Positions 30,674-42,128 of a stretch of DNA of 64,000 nt are shown here, piece after piece. The DNA is from Diplonema japonicum (taxonomy: Eukaryota; Protista; Euglenozoa: Diplonemea). The number at the start of each line of letters is the position of its first letter. Position 1 is the stretch's first letter. The notes beneath the pieces are model-generated. The model saw only the letters and a program-made list of their open reading frames with translations. It was not told the origin of the DNA and searched no databases. Location of the stretch: contig OZ025729.1 of the NCBI GenBank assembly GCA_964019335.1, positions 248,001 to 312,000 on the forward strand, read 5' to 3'. Both the position numbers and the translations under genes were made by a program.

Positions 30674-31813
30674 TCAGGAGGCACACCCTCAACATCGCTT
30701 TCATGCCAGTCATGGGGGAAGCCCAGGTTTACCAAGGAGACGGTAGCGTTAATGGGGCCCGACGGGGCACCGATCTTCGAGATACCCATTTCAAGCATTG
30801 AAAACCAAAGCGCAACAAAGAAATCTGGCGATGTAATCATGGAGCTCGACGGTGACGATGAGGGTTGCTGTGAAATAAGGCTCAATATGCGTGAGGGGTA
30901 TGACATGGAAGGCGGGGTCGACGGCGGTAAGAACACCGCGGAAAGCTTCGTGCAAATCCTGAAGGCTAAACAATCCATCAGGTCCTCAATCGATCTGGGG
31001 CCGCTCGTTGTGGAATTCAAGGAGATCTCGTCCCTCGTCCCAAGGGGTTTGTTCTCCCTCAAGATCCACTCGAAGCACCTCCACCTCGTCGGGAAAGCCA
31101 GCAAGAACGCGAAAACCATGTTGGAATGGACAATCCCCTTAAACACCATTTCAGAATCTGGAATGTATCTGCTGGACAATCCGAATTCTGCGGAATCGAA
31201 GTGGATGTGCGTATCATTGACAAAACCCATTCGCTCTGGGAACGTAGCGCATTCATGCTTGGTTTTCCAGGTTGAGGACGATATTGTTGAAATTAATGTT
31301 AATTTGTCTCCGCTGACGGACGAGCAGAAGAATGTGAAAACGAAGGACGGCGAGCCAATGATAACTGAGAATATGAACGGACCGTTGGCGGAGACCGCTC
31401 CAAAATGTTTGAAATCGATTTCTGGCGCAAAGCTGATCACGCCTCTTCCCGATGTAGGGCCCTTTGCCGTTTCCGACAAATCCGGTAAGCAAGGATTTTT
31501 ATTCTGTCTTAAAAAATCGTTGCTGTTCGCGCCAAACCCAGCGATTCCTATCCGTCACGACAAGATTTCAGTCTTGACGTTTACAGACGTTCATAGCGGT
31601 GGTAACACATTAGGGGTTCAGTTCAAGATGCAGGCCTCCACGTTGGCTTTCCAGGGCTTGGACCGAGAGGATTTACCAGCGATAACTGCATATGCCAAAT
31701 CAAAGGGTATCAACGTTGATGGCCTCAACAAGGAGGAAGAGGATGCTCTGTCCGACATCTCGTCGGCCGACAACTCGTCTTATGACAGAAAGAAGAAGAA
31801 AGCTAGGCATTGA
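30671..31813 (+). CDS. SSRP1: FACT complex subunit SSRP1/POB3-like (380 aa, divergent, no HMG box)
   Basis: SWG, VPRGLFSL, LTKPIRSGNVAH and GFLFCLKKSLLFAPNP match the POB3/SSRP1 PH-domain motifs (TPRGRY, LDPPIRQGQT, GYLYPLEK..FLPKP); acidic then basic C-terminus. Confidence 0.75.
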
Positions 31814-32217
31814 TTTGATCTTTTTTTTTTTTTTTTTTTTTTTTAAGTGTATGATCAAAAGAAAAGAATTATCCCAGATTTTTTTTTTTATTTTAGAATT
31901 TTTTTTTTTGTGCCCTCTCCCTTTTTTTTTTTTTTTTTGGCTTTTAAGCCAAAAGAAGAATGGGGGAAAAAGAAAATTAAAAAAAAAGACCTCTCTAAGT
32001 GTTTTTTTTTCTTCGTCTTTTAAAGAATAAAAAAGATGAGCTCCCCCCTCTCTCTCTCCCCCCCCCCCCCCCCCTAAAGAATTTAGATGTTTTCTTTTCT
32101 CTCCCCCCCCTCCCTTCCCCGCCGCTTTTTTTTTTCCCTCCCCCTCATTTTTTTTTTCTTTTTTATCCTATTTATTCCAATTTTTTTTTTCCCCCCACCG
32201 GCCCAAAAAAAAAAAAA

Positions 32218-32749
32218 ATAGCTATTTATTGCCAACAAATAATGAGTCATTATTTAACTCGAGTTCCCGAATTTTTTGCACGAGGGCCCGCAGGGTTAAC
32301 GAGTGTTAAATAATGGCTCATTTGGCGGCAAGTAAGTTGTTTTATTTCGCTTTTCGTCATTTGAGTCACTCACTCTTCACTGCTTTCACTGCTGTTTTTT
32401 TTTCACGCAGGTCAGCTTTTTGGGGATTTTCCTAAGGTAATACAGGGTAGCTATTTCGCCGTGGCATTTAAAGGGGGAGTAAGGCACTTATTCCCACTTT
32501 TAAGGGCTGGAATGGCCTCAGATGGCCAAAAATAGTCAAAATACCCCCCCAAAAAAAAACTTTAAAGGGGTTGGGTGCATTTCTTTCCACGGCGAGACTC
32601 ATTTTTCCACTCTGAAGGGCCATTATTTAACTGCAAAATCTCATTATTTAACTAGTTAAATAATGGCGATTTCGCGTTAAATAATGGCCATTTCGCGTTA
32701 AATAATGAGGCCCCTAGTGAGTGAAGAAAATGACGAAGAGTGAAATAAA
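32218..32749 (-). mobile_element. Helentron/HINE-like element, inverted copy of 23181-23649
   Basis: Reverse complement of copy A with a longer terminal hairpin; flanked by poly-A on the + strand. Confidence 0.75.
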
Positions 32750-32796
32750 AAAAAAAAAAACAAAAGGGTGAAAAAAAAAAAAAAAGAAAAAAAAAA

Positions 32797-34173
32797 ATGC
32801 CGACCCTTCCTGAATGTATATGTTACAACAACAACGGAACCCGTTGCGTGGGTGCCTCGACGAAATGCGAGGAGTACCTGAAGGAGGTGGGCGCGCAAGC
32901 TTGGCCGGGGATATTCCTCTTCGCGGTGATGATCGGGGTGGCGTGCTGGGGATACTGCCGCTGCTGCTGCAAATGCGCAGGAAACTGGAAGGCCTCCGGG
33001 GGCTGCTGCGGCACTGGGAACAAACAGTTCCTCGGTTACGGAACCACACAAGTCATCATCTACCGAATCCTCATGCTCTCACTCTTCATAGCAGGAATTG
33101 CAGTATGCTCGCCAGCAATGGCCCTCAGCGTCAAGGTTTCCGACGGCATTCACGGCTTATCCAACAACTTCATCTTCCTTCAGGACGACATCCTCTTGGC
33201 AATCGGTGTGATGCGAAGCCTCTACCCAAGACTTCAAGACACGGGGAACACCGTTCCAGATGTGCTACGATGGGTCGATTCGATAACAGATCAACTGACA
33301 GATTTCAAGGATGTCGCGGACACTGTAAAAGATGTGGATAAGTACCGCCACGACGCAACTATGATCCTGCTGGCCACCTCGCTCGCGCTGCTCCTTGTGG
33401 TCGCGTTGGTCGGAATCCTCAAGATCGGCCCGAAAATTTCGTATGCAATATTTTTCATCGTTATTTTTGTCGGAGCGGTGCTGTCCGTCACTACGATCGT
33501 GCACCATTTTCTGAACATAACGTCTTTGGACACGTGCGAGGACCTCCCGGTGTTGATCACGCAGCTGCAAACAGTTTTGGAGAAGGAGCTCGGGTGTTTG
33601 CAGGGTTCAAAAGACGGGATGTCGCAGTTTCTTCAGTACATCGACCAGACGAAAACGTCGTTGTACTCAAGATTGTGCACCGGGGGTGTTATAAATGGAG
33701 TTTGCTTGCCATTTGAATGCCCTTCTTCCGTGTGTTCAGCTGGGACAGATCTTAGACAGGTTTCCAATGTGTTGGATTCTCGGTTGGGGTCTGCGTACCA
33801 GGGGCTGAGTTGGGTTGGGGATTGTGCCGACCCTTGTAGCGTGCGTAAATGTGGGAATTTATGTGCTTCGGGTAGCCCGTTGCGTGATAGTATCGGTCAG
33901 ATTACTGCGGAGTGGGATATTCTCATTCAGATCGACAGGCAGGTTATTCCCATTGCTACATGTTTCACCTTGCGGCACTTTTTGAGCGTTATAGATGGGG
34001 ATTTGTGCGGGAGTGTGAAGCCCGGCATGAAGGGATTGTTCGTAACGTTCGTCTTTGTGCAGCTTCTTACCGTTGCGGCGTTGATCTTGTTGCTCCTCGG
34101 GCCGAAGAGGTTCGTAGATTCATCGAGAAGCTCGCATACAACTATGGTTCACAAACATGAAGATAATTCTTGA
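32797..34173 (+). CDS. Five-pass Cys-rich membrane protein, Tweety/prominin-like topology (458 aa)
   Basis: TM1 followed by YCRCCCKC, paired TMs, TCEDL motif, Cys-rich large loop, final TM. Confidence 0.65.
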   Translation: MPTLPECICYNNNGTRCVGASTKCEEYLKEVGAQAWPGIFLFAVMIGVACWGYCRCCCKCAGNWKASGGCCGTGNKQFLGYGTTQVIIYRILMLSLFIAGIAVCSPAMALSVKVSDGIHGLSNNFIFLQDDILLAIGVMRSLYPRLQDTGNTVPDVLRWVDSITDQLTDFKDVADTVKDVDKYRHDATMILLATSLALLLVVALVGILKIGPKISYAIFFIVIFVGAVLSVTTIVHHFLNITSLDTCEDLPVLITQLQTVLEKELGCLQGSKDGMSQFLQYIDQTKTSLYSRLCTGGVINGVCLPFECPSSVCSAGTDLRQVSNVLDSRLGSAYQGLSWVGDCADPCSVRKCGNLCASGSPLRDSIGQITAEWDILIQIDRQVIPIATCFTLRHFLSVIDGDLCGSVKPGMKGLFVTFVFVQLLTVAALILLLLGPKRFVDSSRSSHTTMVHKHEDNS

Positions 34174-34288
34174 TTTTTTTTTTTTTTTTTTGGTTTCCCC
34201 CCCCCCCTTTTTTTTGCTTTCCAGCAAAGAGAGAGGGGGGGGGGGGTGAAACAGTTTTTTTTTTATAAAAAGTTATAGCAATATATAT

Positions 34289-34487
34289 GAGCTCGGCCCC
34301 ACCCCGGGAAAAAGAATATCTGCTCTTTCGGTGATCTTAGATGCAACCTAGTTACACGTGTTGAGGTGGTGCACCACATTTTTGTCATCATTACTTCATA
34401 CTGTCCTTTTTATTTTTTTGCTCAGAAATATGCGAAAATCCCCAAAAAAAAGAGAAGTGGTAGACATTTTTTTTCCGGGACGAGCTT
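34289..34487. mobile_element. Degenerate MITE related to 39853-40268
   Basis: ATAT-GAGCTCG... and ...GACATTTTTTTTCCGGGACGAGCT ends. Confidence 0.5.
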
Positions 34488-34519
34488 GTAAAAAAAAAAA
34501 ATTCTTTCCCTCATTTTTT

Positions 34520-34820
34520 CTTGACATCCTCCCTCCGATCCATTGGTGCAAACAAACGGATCCGAGGGTATACCTGCAGACCCACATTCGCATCGTACGA
34601 CAAGGTGCGCTTCATCCTCGAACAGCGACTCGCAACCGGTTCACCGGGGGAGAGACGACTGGAGCGACAAGCTCGTGCCGACCTACCTCGAACCTACCCG
34701 AAGTATCCCCACCCCATCTGCCGATAAAAATGCAGCGACGCAGAAGGGTAACAACATAAGATAGACCCCCCACCACGCTGCACACTTAACGCCAAATAGT
34801 GTTGCAACCAAAGCCCCATT
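34520..34820 (+). mobile_element. 3' remnant of the LINE family seen at 37300-38850, with repeat E tail
   Basis: Translates ...SLRSIG...YDKV...TQKGNNIR* versus ...SLIAIG...HDKL...LQKGSINR*; both are followed by GATAGACCCCCC. Confidence 0.6.
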
Positions 34821-35099
34821 TTTTTTTTTCTTTGTATTTTTTTTCTTCTTTTTTTGGCACAGCATTTTTTTTTTTTTTTTCCCCCAAAAAAAAAAATAAA
34901 AAAAACAGGATCCCCCCCCCCTCCCCACCAGAAAAAAGAATCAAAAAAAAAAAGAAAAGAAAAAAATACACCAACGAAAAAATATACTGTTTCACCCCCC
35001 TGTTATATATGTGTTGCTGAAAAAAAAAAAAAGAAGAGAAATAAAAAAAAAAGGATTTTATATTCCTTTTTTTTCTTCTTTTAAAAAAGGGGAAAAGCC

Positions 35100-36784
35100 A
35101 TGACGGCCCAAGAAGTTTATGGAACGCATCTACGTGTCCCGGGTACACCCCCGCCGCCCCCGCCTCCGAAGGGGCTGCGGCAGGCCAGAAGAGGCAGCGC
35201 AGTTAGTTCAAATGGGGGCATGCTTCTCCAAAAAGTAGAACAGCTGGGAAACGGGAAAATCAAAACAAAGCTGAGAAACATTAAATCTGCAGATACCCTC
35301 GAGTGGCTTGAAAAACTCCCCTCGGACCCGATAAAAAACCAAGCCCTCGATCAGCTCGGCCGCAGCGTCTCCCTCCTAGCAAGGGAACGCCAATTCTCCA
35401 CACTCTGCACAATTCTTGCAATCATCGCAAGCCTCACAGTAACATGCTGCTACATAAACAGCTCGGTATATTTTGAAATACTATTGTCGGCAACGACAGT
35501 AATCCATATAATATCTGTTCTGCTCCTGCACAAGATACAGTATAAACGTGATTTAATATGGAGACCCGAGTGGCTCAAGGGAACGGGCATGGACGAGTAC
35601 CAAACAGCAATGTTAATCGGCGAGGTGCTGCTCATTTCAATCCACAAACCGCCAACGATCGACGCGGTACCAAAAATTATAAACGTAATCGTCATCGCGC
35701 GGCTCTTCACGGCAGTCCGAACCTTGCGGGACATGTCATTTGCATCGTCAATGGGATCTATATTGGTCGGGGCGTTGTGTAATATCAAAATGGATTCGTT
35801 TTTCGTGTTTAAAACCCGGTTGTTCTCATCGCCTATTTTGACAATGTCACTCACATCGGGAATCGGTCTTATTTTGCTTTCATTTCTCACCTGGTTTGTA
35901 GAAAGCTCATACGGCGATTTGAACTTAGCACAGTCGTTTTGGTTCACATTTATCACTGCAACAACTGTAGGGTACGGTGACTACACCCCGTCGTCTGTGG
36001 GCGGGAAGATTGTCGGGGTTGTATCTGCGTTGTTTGGAATTGTTGTGACCGCGATACTTGTTTCTGTTGTTCAGCACAAGCTGTTGATGACAGGGATTGA
36101 GAAGCAGATTATTCTGTTTCTTTCGGAGGTGCAAAGGGTACAACAAACGAAGCTTAAAGCCGCCCGCGTCGTCCGCCAAGCGATGATTTATTCCCAGCTG
36201 AAGGCGATCGTCCGAAAATCCGGGAAGCAAATACCAGAACACCGAACGTACCTGTCATCCGTTTTGACAACAAGCACCACCATAAAAGTTCTGTACAGGG
36301 CGTGGATCAACCTTCAAGAAGCGGTGGAGGACATGCGAAAGCTGAGGAGGGTGACGTCGACGGCATGGGCACACATTAGTGTGTTGGATGTCCTCCACGC
36401 TGATAGTTCAGATATCCTTGCTCAGAATACCGTTTTGCAATATTTGATGCGGCCTGCGGATGAGCAGTTATCAGCGATGCTGCGGGTTGGGAAGTATAAC
36501 CCGATTGCGAACAAATCACGGCGTAGGCAGAGCTTGACGGTGTCGCCTCCTGTTTCATCCCCGCCTCCTGAAGAAGATGAGGTGGAACAAATCGAGCTGA
36601 AAGAAGTCCGGACAGAAGGTTCCGACGGCAAGCACAGCACCGACGACGACGATGGTTCGGATTCCTCACCTAGATCACGACGGTCAAGAGGCTCCGTTAC
36701 ATCGCTAACGTCAACAAACTCCGTTCGAACCGCAGCGTCCACTGCCGCAATGGTTGATATGCTTAAATTGGTATGAAAAAAAAA

Positions 36785-36820
<36 letters not shown>

Positions 36821-37220
36821 GGTTGGCGGTGCAACAAATGCTGGTACTCCTAGGAGGATAAAGCCTAAAAGGATGCGGAGGGCGTTTGAAGAGGATGATC
36901 AAGAAGATCCTTTAAGTGGAGCGAGCTACGAGGGGGACCCCAGTCTGCTCACGTCTCCTCTTCAACGGCGATTTGCGCCCAGTCATCTTCGGTCACCAGG
37001 GACAGGGACCACTGGGTCTAACAATGTTGCTGCTACCCTCGAGTCCATTGTTACTTCGCAGAAGAAGCTGGAAAACATGATGATGCACATGATGAAGGAG
37101 CTTTGCGTGACACCGTTTCCTGCGTCTGTGGTGTCGCCTCCTTCTCCTGCTGCTGTTCAAGATGCATTTCCTCCTAGAGCGGCGTACTTAGAATTAGACA
37201 GGGCAAAAGAAGCTGGGTGA
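35100..37220 (+). CDS. 6-TM potassium channel, SK/KCNN-like; predicted intron 36771-36818
   Basis: Pore FWFTFITATTVGYGDYTP; S4 ARLFTAVRTLR; CaM-binding-like KAARVVRQAM. Removing GTATGA...AAAG joins in frame to AVGGATNAG... and ORF 36873-37220. Confidence 0.85.
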
Positions 37221-37297
37221 GTTTTTTTATCCGTTTTCCCTCAACTCTCTCTCTCTCTCTCTCTCTCTCTCCTCCCCCCCTCCCTTTTTTTTTGTTT

Positions 37298-38860
37298 GTC
37301 ATCAACGCCCTGCTCTCCATCATGATACGGGCCATCGAGCAAGTAGCGCCGGACGCCGAGGTGCTAGCATATGCCGACGACGCTTACCTGTTAGCGAAGC
37401 TACGCGACTCCCTACAAGCAGCGGTCGAAGGGACTCTGGAGTTCTGCGACCTGACTGGCATGAAGGTCAACGAGGAAAAGACGGTTGGCTTTGGCACCGC
37501 AGAGGGTTACAAGTCGAGAGTCGTAGGACCGTACGGCGATTAGGAAAGGCTCGGTAGTTGCTGTACCTTACAAGACAGTGACGGACTTCAAAGGGCTTGG
37601 CGTGAAGATCAACACGCGCAGGACAGGAACGAAATGGAAGAGACCATCCACGGATGCACTTGACTCACTAGACCGGCTAGGGTGCACGAGATTAGCTTTC
37701 GAGACCAAAGCACACATGGTCAGCACGACAGTACTCCCGTCATGCCTCTACAGCGGGCCGTTCTCTCCCCCATGTGACGAGACACTCAAGAAGTTGTCAA
37801 CGAGGGTAACATGCAATCTGTGGGGCCCGCATCATCGTGGACGATCTCCAACCGCGGTCAACACGGTCCTCTTGAAGGGGCACACCAGCGACCCCCTCTC
37901 CTATGTGATATACCACTCCCTGAAGGTAGTGTCCAGAGTGCTTGACGACGAGAGACTGCGACAGAGATGCACACGGATCGCTGCGGGGTGCGGCACGGGG
38001 TCCATCCCAATGGGGCCAGTAGGCAACCTGATATGTCGGTGGCTCCCCTACATAGGGTGGAACTGGACGCAGCTGCTAGACTGTAGGAACAAACCCTGGG
38101 CCGAGCGCGGGCACGCCTTTAGGGACGCGGTGAGGAAAGCCCGGAGCAGGTCACTGGCGAACGAAAGAAGCACAGTGAAGGGGATGGAGGCGGGAGCGGA
38201 TCCCAAAACCAACCAACTGTGGAAGACAGCCAAGGACCCACTCATGTCCTACTGCCTGAGACGGGTGATCGCCGGAGGGGTCCCCTACCTTAGCCCGCAT
38301 GCAGGTACGAGTCAAAGGAGCGTCCCCCTGGCACCAGAAGGAGATGGCACCGAGGAAGACGGGGACAGCATAGACCACGTCCCAACGACGGAAGTACCAC
38401 GCACACAAGGGTTCAGGTGTGACCTGTGTGAGTCACCACACCCGGACACGGTAACCTTACTCCGCCATCAGCTCTACGAGTGTGCCTGCGCACGGGACGA
38501 GCTGGCACAGGACGGTTTGGAACAGGGGGCTATCGTAAAGATAAACGCAGCGTGCAGGGCACGGAAGAAGCGACGCCCCTTCCCAGCGGATGAGCAGAAA
38601 AGGGTGAAATCCCTCATCGCCATAGGAGGAAAGGCAGCTATAGGCTTCTCCAGGATGCCCATTTTTGCTACCCAGTCCACGCACGACAAGCTGATGGATT
38701 TGAAGGCCGCCTACAAGCGGGATCGCATCACACGACTCCGCAAGACGCTCGCAGCCACAATCGGGATGAAAGCAATGCTCCAGAAGGGGAGTATTAACAG
38801 ATAGACCCCCCCCTCCCATAGGGCGGCCCTCTAGCGGGGGGCTTGTCCTGTACTTTGAGT
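37298..38860 (+). mobile_element. 5'-truncated non-LTR retrotransposon (RT C-terminal part + CCHC-like finger), disabled
   Basis: YADD motif, GMKVNEEKT, FKGLGV, CDLC...HQLYEC; stop and frameshift at 37541-37578; inserted in a T-rich tract. Confidence 0.9.
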
Positions 38861-39386
38861 TTTTTTTTTTGTTCTGGTTATTTTTTATTTTTTATTTTTT
38901 TTTTATTTGTTTCTTAGTGCGATTGAAGAAAAATGAAAACAAAAAAAAAAAAAAAAGATTTTTTTTTTAAAGAAAAAAAAAGAACGGGAAAAAAAAAAAA
39001 ATAAATGGATTCTTTTCATATCTCTTTTTTTTTTTTTTTTTTTTTTTTTTTGTTTGAGTGTAATGGAAAAGCCGGCTTTTTTTTTTTTTTTTTCGATGGG
39101 AATTAATTTCCACAAAAAAAAAAAGAAAAAAAAGAAGAAGGTTCGGCATTTTTTTTTTCTTTTACTTTTATTCTTTTTACGAATGATTTTTAGATGAGGG
39201 ATGAAATGAAGAAACTTACAGCTTTTCACTTTTTTTTTTTGATGTTTTCTTTTTTAAATTGAAAACCCAAAGCAACCAAAGCAAACAAAACAGAGAAAGA
39301 ACAACCTTTTTTTTTTTACAGGTGTGTTCGGCTACCGGTGTGATCTTTTGAAAAACACGCTGGCCATCTTCTCTTTCTTCTTTTTC

Positions 39387-39418
<32 letters not shown>

Positions 39419-39513
39419 AGCAAGAACGAGTTGACTTGTCTAAAAAAAAAAAAAAAAAAAAAGGGGGCACCAACAAAAAAAGTTCCTCTTTTTCTCTTTT
39501 TTTTTTTTTTCAA

Positions 39514-39770
39514 GGTGGTGGATAACATGGAAATATAAGAAGTACAACAACATCAGATGTGTTGTTCGCTGTTGACCTCCTCGTCGGTCATCACCGGTAG
39601 CGCCCAAATGAAAGAACGTAATGCAGCAAACTGCACGAGCGCAGAATCTTGGTTACCCGGGACGCCCCGGCTAGAGTTGAGCACCCCGCACGCATTAAGG
39701 ACACGACGCGGAACGCAGAAGAAGCTGCTGCTCGGCCGAGGAGCGCCCCCTGTAATCAAGTAGGTAGTTT
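39514..39770 (+). mobile_element. SINE with 5' HDV-like ribozyme (most complete 5' end; J4/2 deleted)
   Basis: P1 GGTGGTG (39514) / CATCACC (39589); P2 5' strand GCTGTTG (39568); P3 ACC/GGT; L3 TCCTCGTC; P1.1 GG (39596). Confidence 0.8.
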
Positions 39771-39852
39771 GTTCTTCGTTGCACGCTTAACGCCACCTAG
39801 TGTTGCAATCAAAGCCCCATTTTTCTTTTCTTTTTTGGCTGCAATGATATAT

Positions 39853-40268
39853 GAGCTCGTCCGGACGAAAATGTCAACACTTTTTTGGGCACCTCCGAAA
39901 ATTTCTTGTTTTGATTATTTGAGCAAAAAAAAGGGCAGCATGCAACCATAGGAAGATGACAGATTTTCAGTCTGCGTCCATTCCTCCTGTCGCTTTTCAC
40001 GGAAAAACGAAAATAAAAAAATGGAGTCTGGGTTATTTGTAACTTCCAAATTGAATCGTTTGCCAAAAACCATTCTAAGAAACATGTTTTTGCACGTGCG
40101 TTTTAAAAATAAAACAAACGGCGAGCATTTTGACCTATATGGTGTTCAAGCTTAGACTGCATTTCTGCACACAAAGTGGTGTCGGGCTACTTTTTTACTT
40201 AGAAATTTAACGGGGGTTTTACGCCGCATAGGAGGGTCTTTTGTTGACATTTTTTTCCGGACGAGCTC
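39853..40268. mobile_element. MITE with GAG...CTC termini and ATAT target duplication (Sola-like)
   Basis: TIR GAGCTCGTCCGGA..AAAATGTCAACA at both ends; ATAT at 39849-39852 and 40269-40272. Confidence 0.75.
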
Positions 40269-41169
40269 ATATTTATTTATTTTTATTTTTTTTTTAAATT
40301 GAAATCGTGTGCATGGGGGGGGATATATGCTGCATTCTTTTTTTGCATTCACCCCCCCCCTCTCACGAAAAGGTAGTGGCAGATCTGTTTTTCATCTTTT
40401 GAGAAAACCTCTAAGTAGGCGATGCTTATGCTTTTCTTGTTTTTTTAGATCCATTCAAAACCCACGGTTTAGTCATGTTCTTGAGTTTGAAGCAGCCTCT
40501 TTCACACACATTTTTGCGCTGTTGAGCGGAGCACTTGGCGGATCTGGAGGAAAAAAAAAGCATTGTTTATTGGGTTTATCTTTTATTTCTTTTTTCTTTT
40601 CTTTGGCGGGCCGTTGCTTTGCTAACCACTTCGTTCCTATCATAGTGAATTTCCTTTATCTGTGTATTTTTTTTTTTTTTTTGAGAGAACCTTTTTTTTG
40701 TTTGTCTGTGAGAGGTTTTTTTTCTTTTTTTTTTTCTTTTGAGAATAATGGAAAGAAATCTGATGCTGAAACTCCGAGAAATTTTTAATGTCCCTCCCCT
40801 CCCCATTCTTTTTTTGTTTTAACATTATTGTAAAAACTAGTTGATGGCAGCGTAATGAGCTATTTTATTAGGTAAAATCCCGCTCGTGCGCAAACAAATG
40901 AAGCGCCATTTTTTTTTTTTTTTTGCACTTCGAAACAGGGGGTAAAAACATGGATCGTAATTTTTTTGGCTTCGGCAAAAAAAGAAAAAAAAAGGAAAAA
41001 TAACAGCTTGCCCTAATTCTTTTTTTTTTTTTTTTGAGGTTGCGCGGCGACGGCCTATAACCGATATACGTCCACCTTAAACTCTTCCACCTTTTCTTTT
41101 TTATCCCCCACCCCCAGCATTTGCCTATCGTTTGTGCACCTGTGGCACTCATGATCTACTCCCCCGCCA

Positions 41170-41365
41170 GTTGTTGCCCAGCAGATGCTCTGGGTGGCGA
41201 ACAGGCAGCAAACTACACGGGCTCAGAATCTTGGTTACCCAAGCACACCGCACGCATTAAGGACACGACGCGGAACGCAGAAGAAGCTACAGCTAGGCCG
41301 AGGTGCGCCCCCTGTAATCAAGTAAATGGTGCTTGTGCAGGTGCCCCCACCGGCTACCTTTAAAT
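41170..41365 (+). mobile_element. HDV-SINE copy, 5'-truncated in P4
   Basis: GGGTGGCGAACAGGCAGC, shared body, degenerate 3' tail. Confidence 0.7.
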
Positions 41366-42128
41366 CATCGAGTTTTCTTTTCGTTCTTTTCGGAGTTTTG
41401 AATGAAATGGAGGTCATACCACTTTGCTGCAAACAAAAGGTGTTTCTCAAAGAAACCTTCTTTTTATTTTTTCTAACACATCCTTTTGTATTTGCGCTTC
41501 AGATACTTCAAAAAAGATATATTTATATTAAAAATAACAGAAAGAGGAAAAATCAAAAAAAAAAGAAAAAAGAAAAAAAACAAATAGAAAAAGAAGAAGA
41601 AGAAAGAGAAAGAAAATACAACAAACAAAAACGACATTTCATTTCCCCCATTTTTTTTTTTTTTTATAGCTCGTCCGGAAAAAATGCAAAATGTCCATAC
41701 TTTTTTTTGGGGGGTTTTCAACAAAAGTCTTTCTCTGCATTCTACCCATAGCAAGATGACATAATTTCTAAAGAATATACCGCCCCCCTGTGTTCTGACC
41801 CATTTCTTGTGCAGTCCTACACCCGAGCTGGCTCCAGACGACCTTCTTTTTAAAAAGGCTTTTTTTTTCTTTTTCCCTGGTTTTTTTTTATGGTTGGTCA
41901 TTTTGTGGTCATTAATATATATCCCCCCTCCCCCCCCCCGGACGGGTTTTCGTATTTTTATCTTTTTTTTTTTCTTCTTTTTTTTATTTTTTTTTTCCCC
42001 CTTCCACACACCCCATTTCTCTTATTTTTTTTTTTCAGTATTTCCCCCCCTTCATTCTCAAAAAAAAAAAAAAAAAAAAAAAAACAGAAACAAAAACAAA
42101 AAAAAAGGAAAGGGGACAAAAAAAAAAA

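Noticed and set aside
29560-30713. Many poly-K and poly-F ORFs here and in other intergenic regions
   Set aside because: Translations of poly-A/poly-T tracts with no coding signal; the 5' extensions of ORFs 16034, 17571, 18496, 28012 and 59475 are likewise artefacts.
30532-31479. 315-aa minus-strand ORF
   Set aside because: Antisense shadow of SSRP1/POB3; no motifs.
39550-39596. Box C/D snoRNA reading on the minus strand (GTGATGA...CTGA)
   Set aside because: Only ~42 nt and better explained as the complement of the HDV P1/P3 region.
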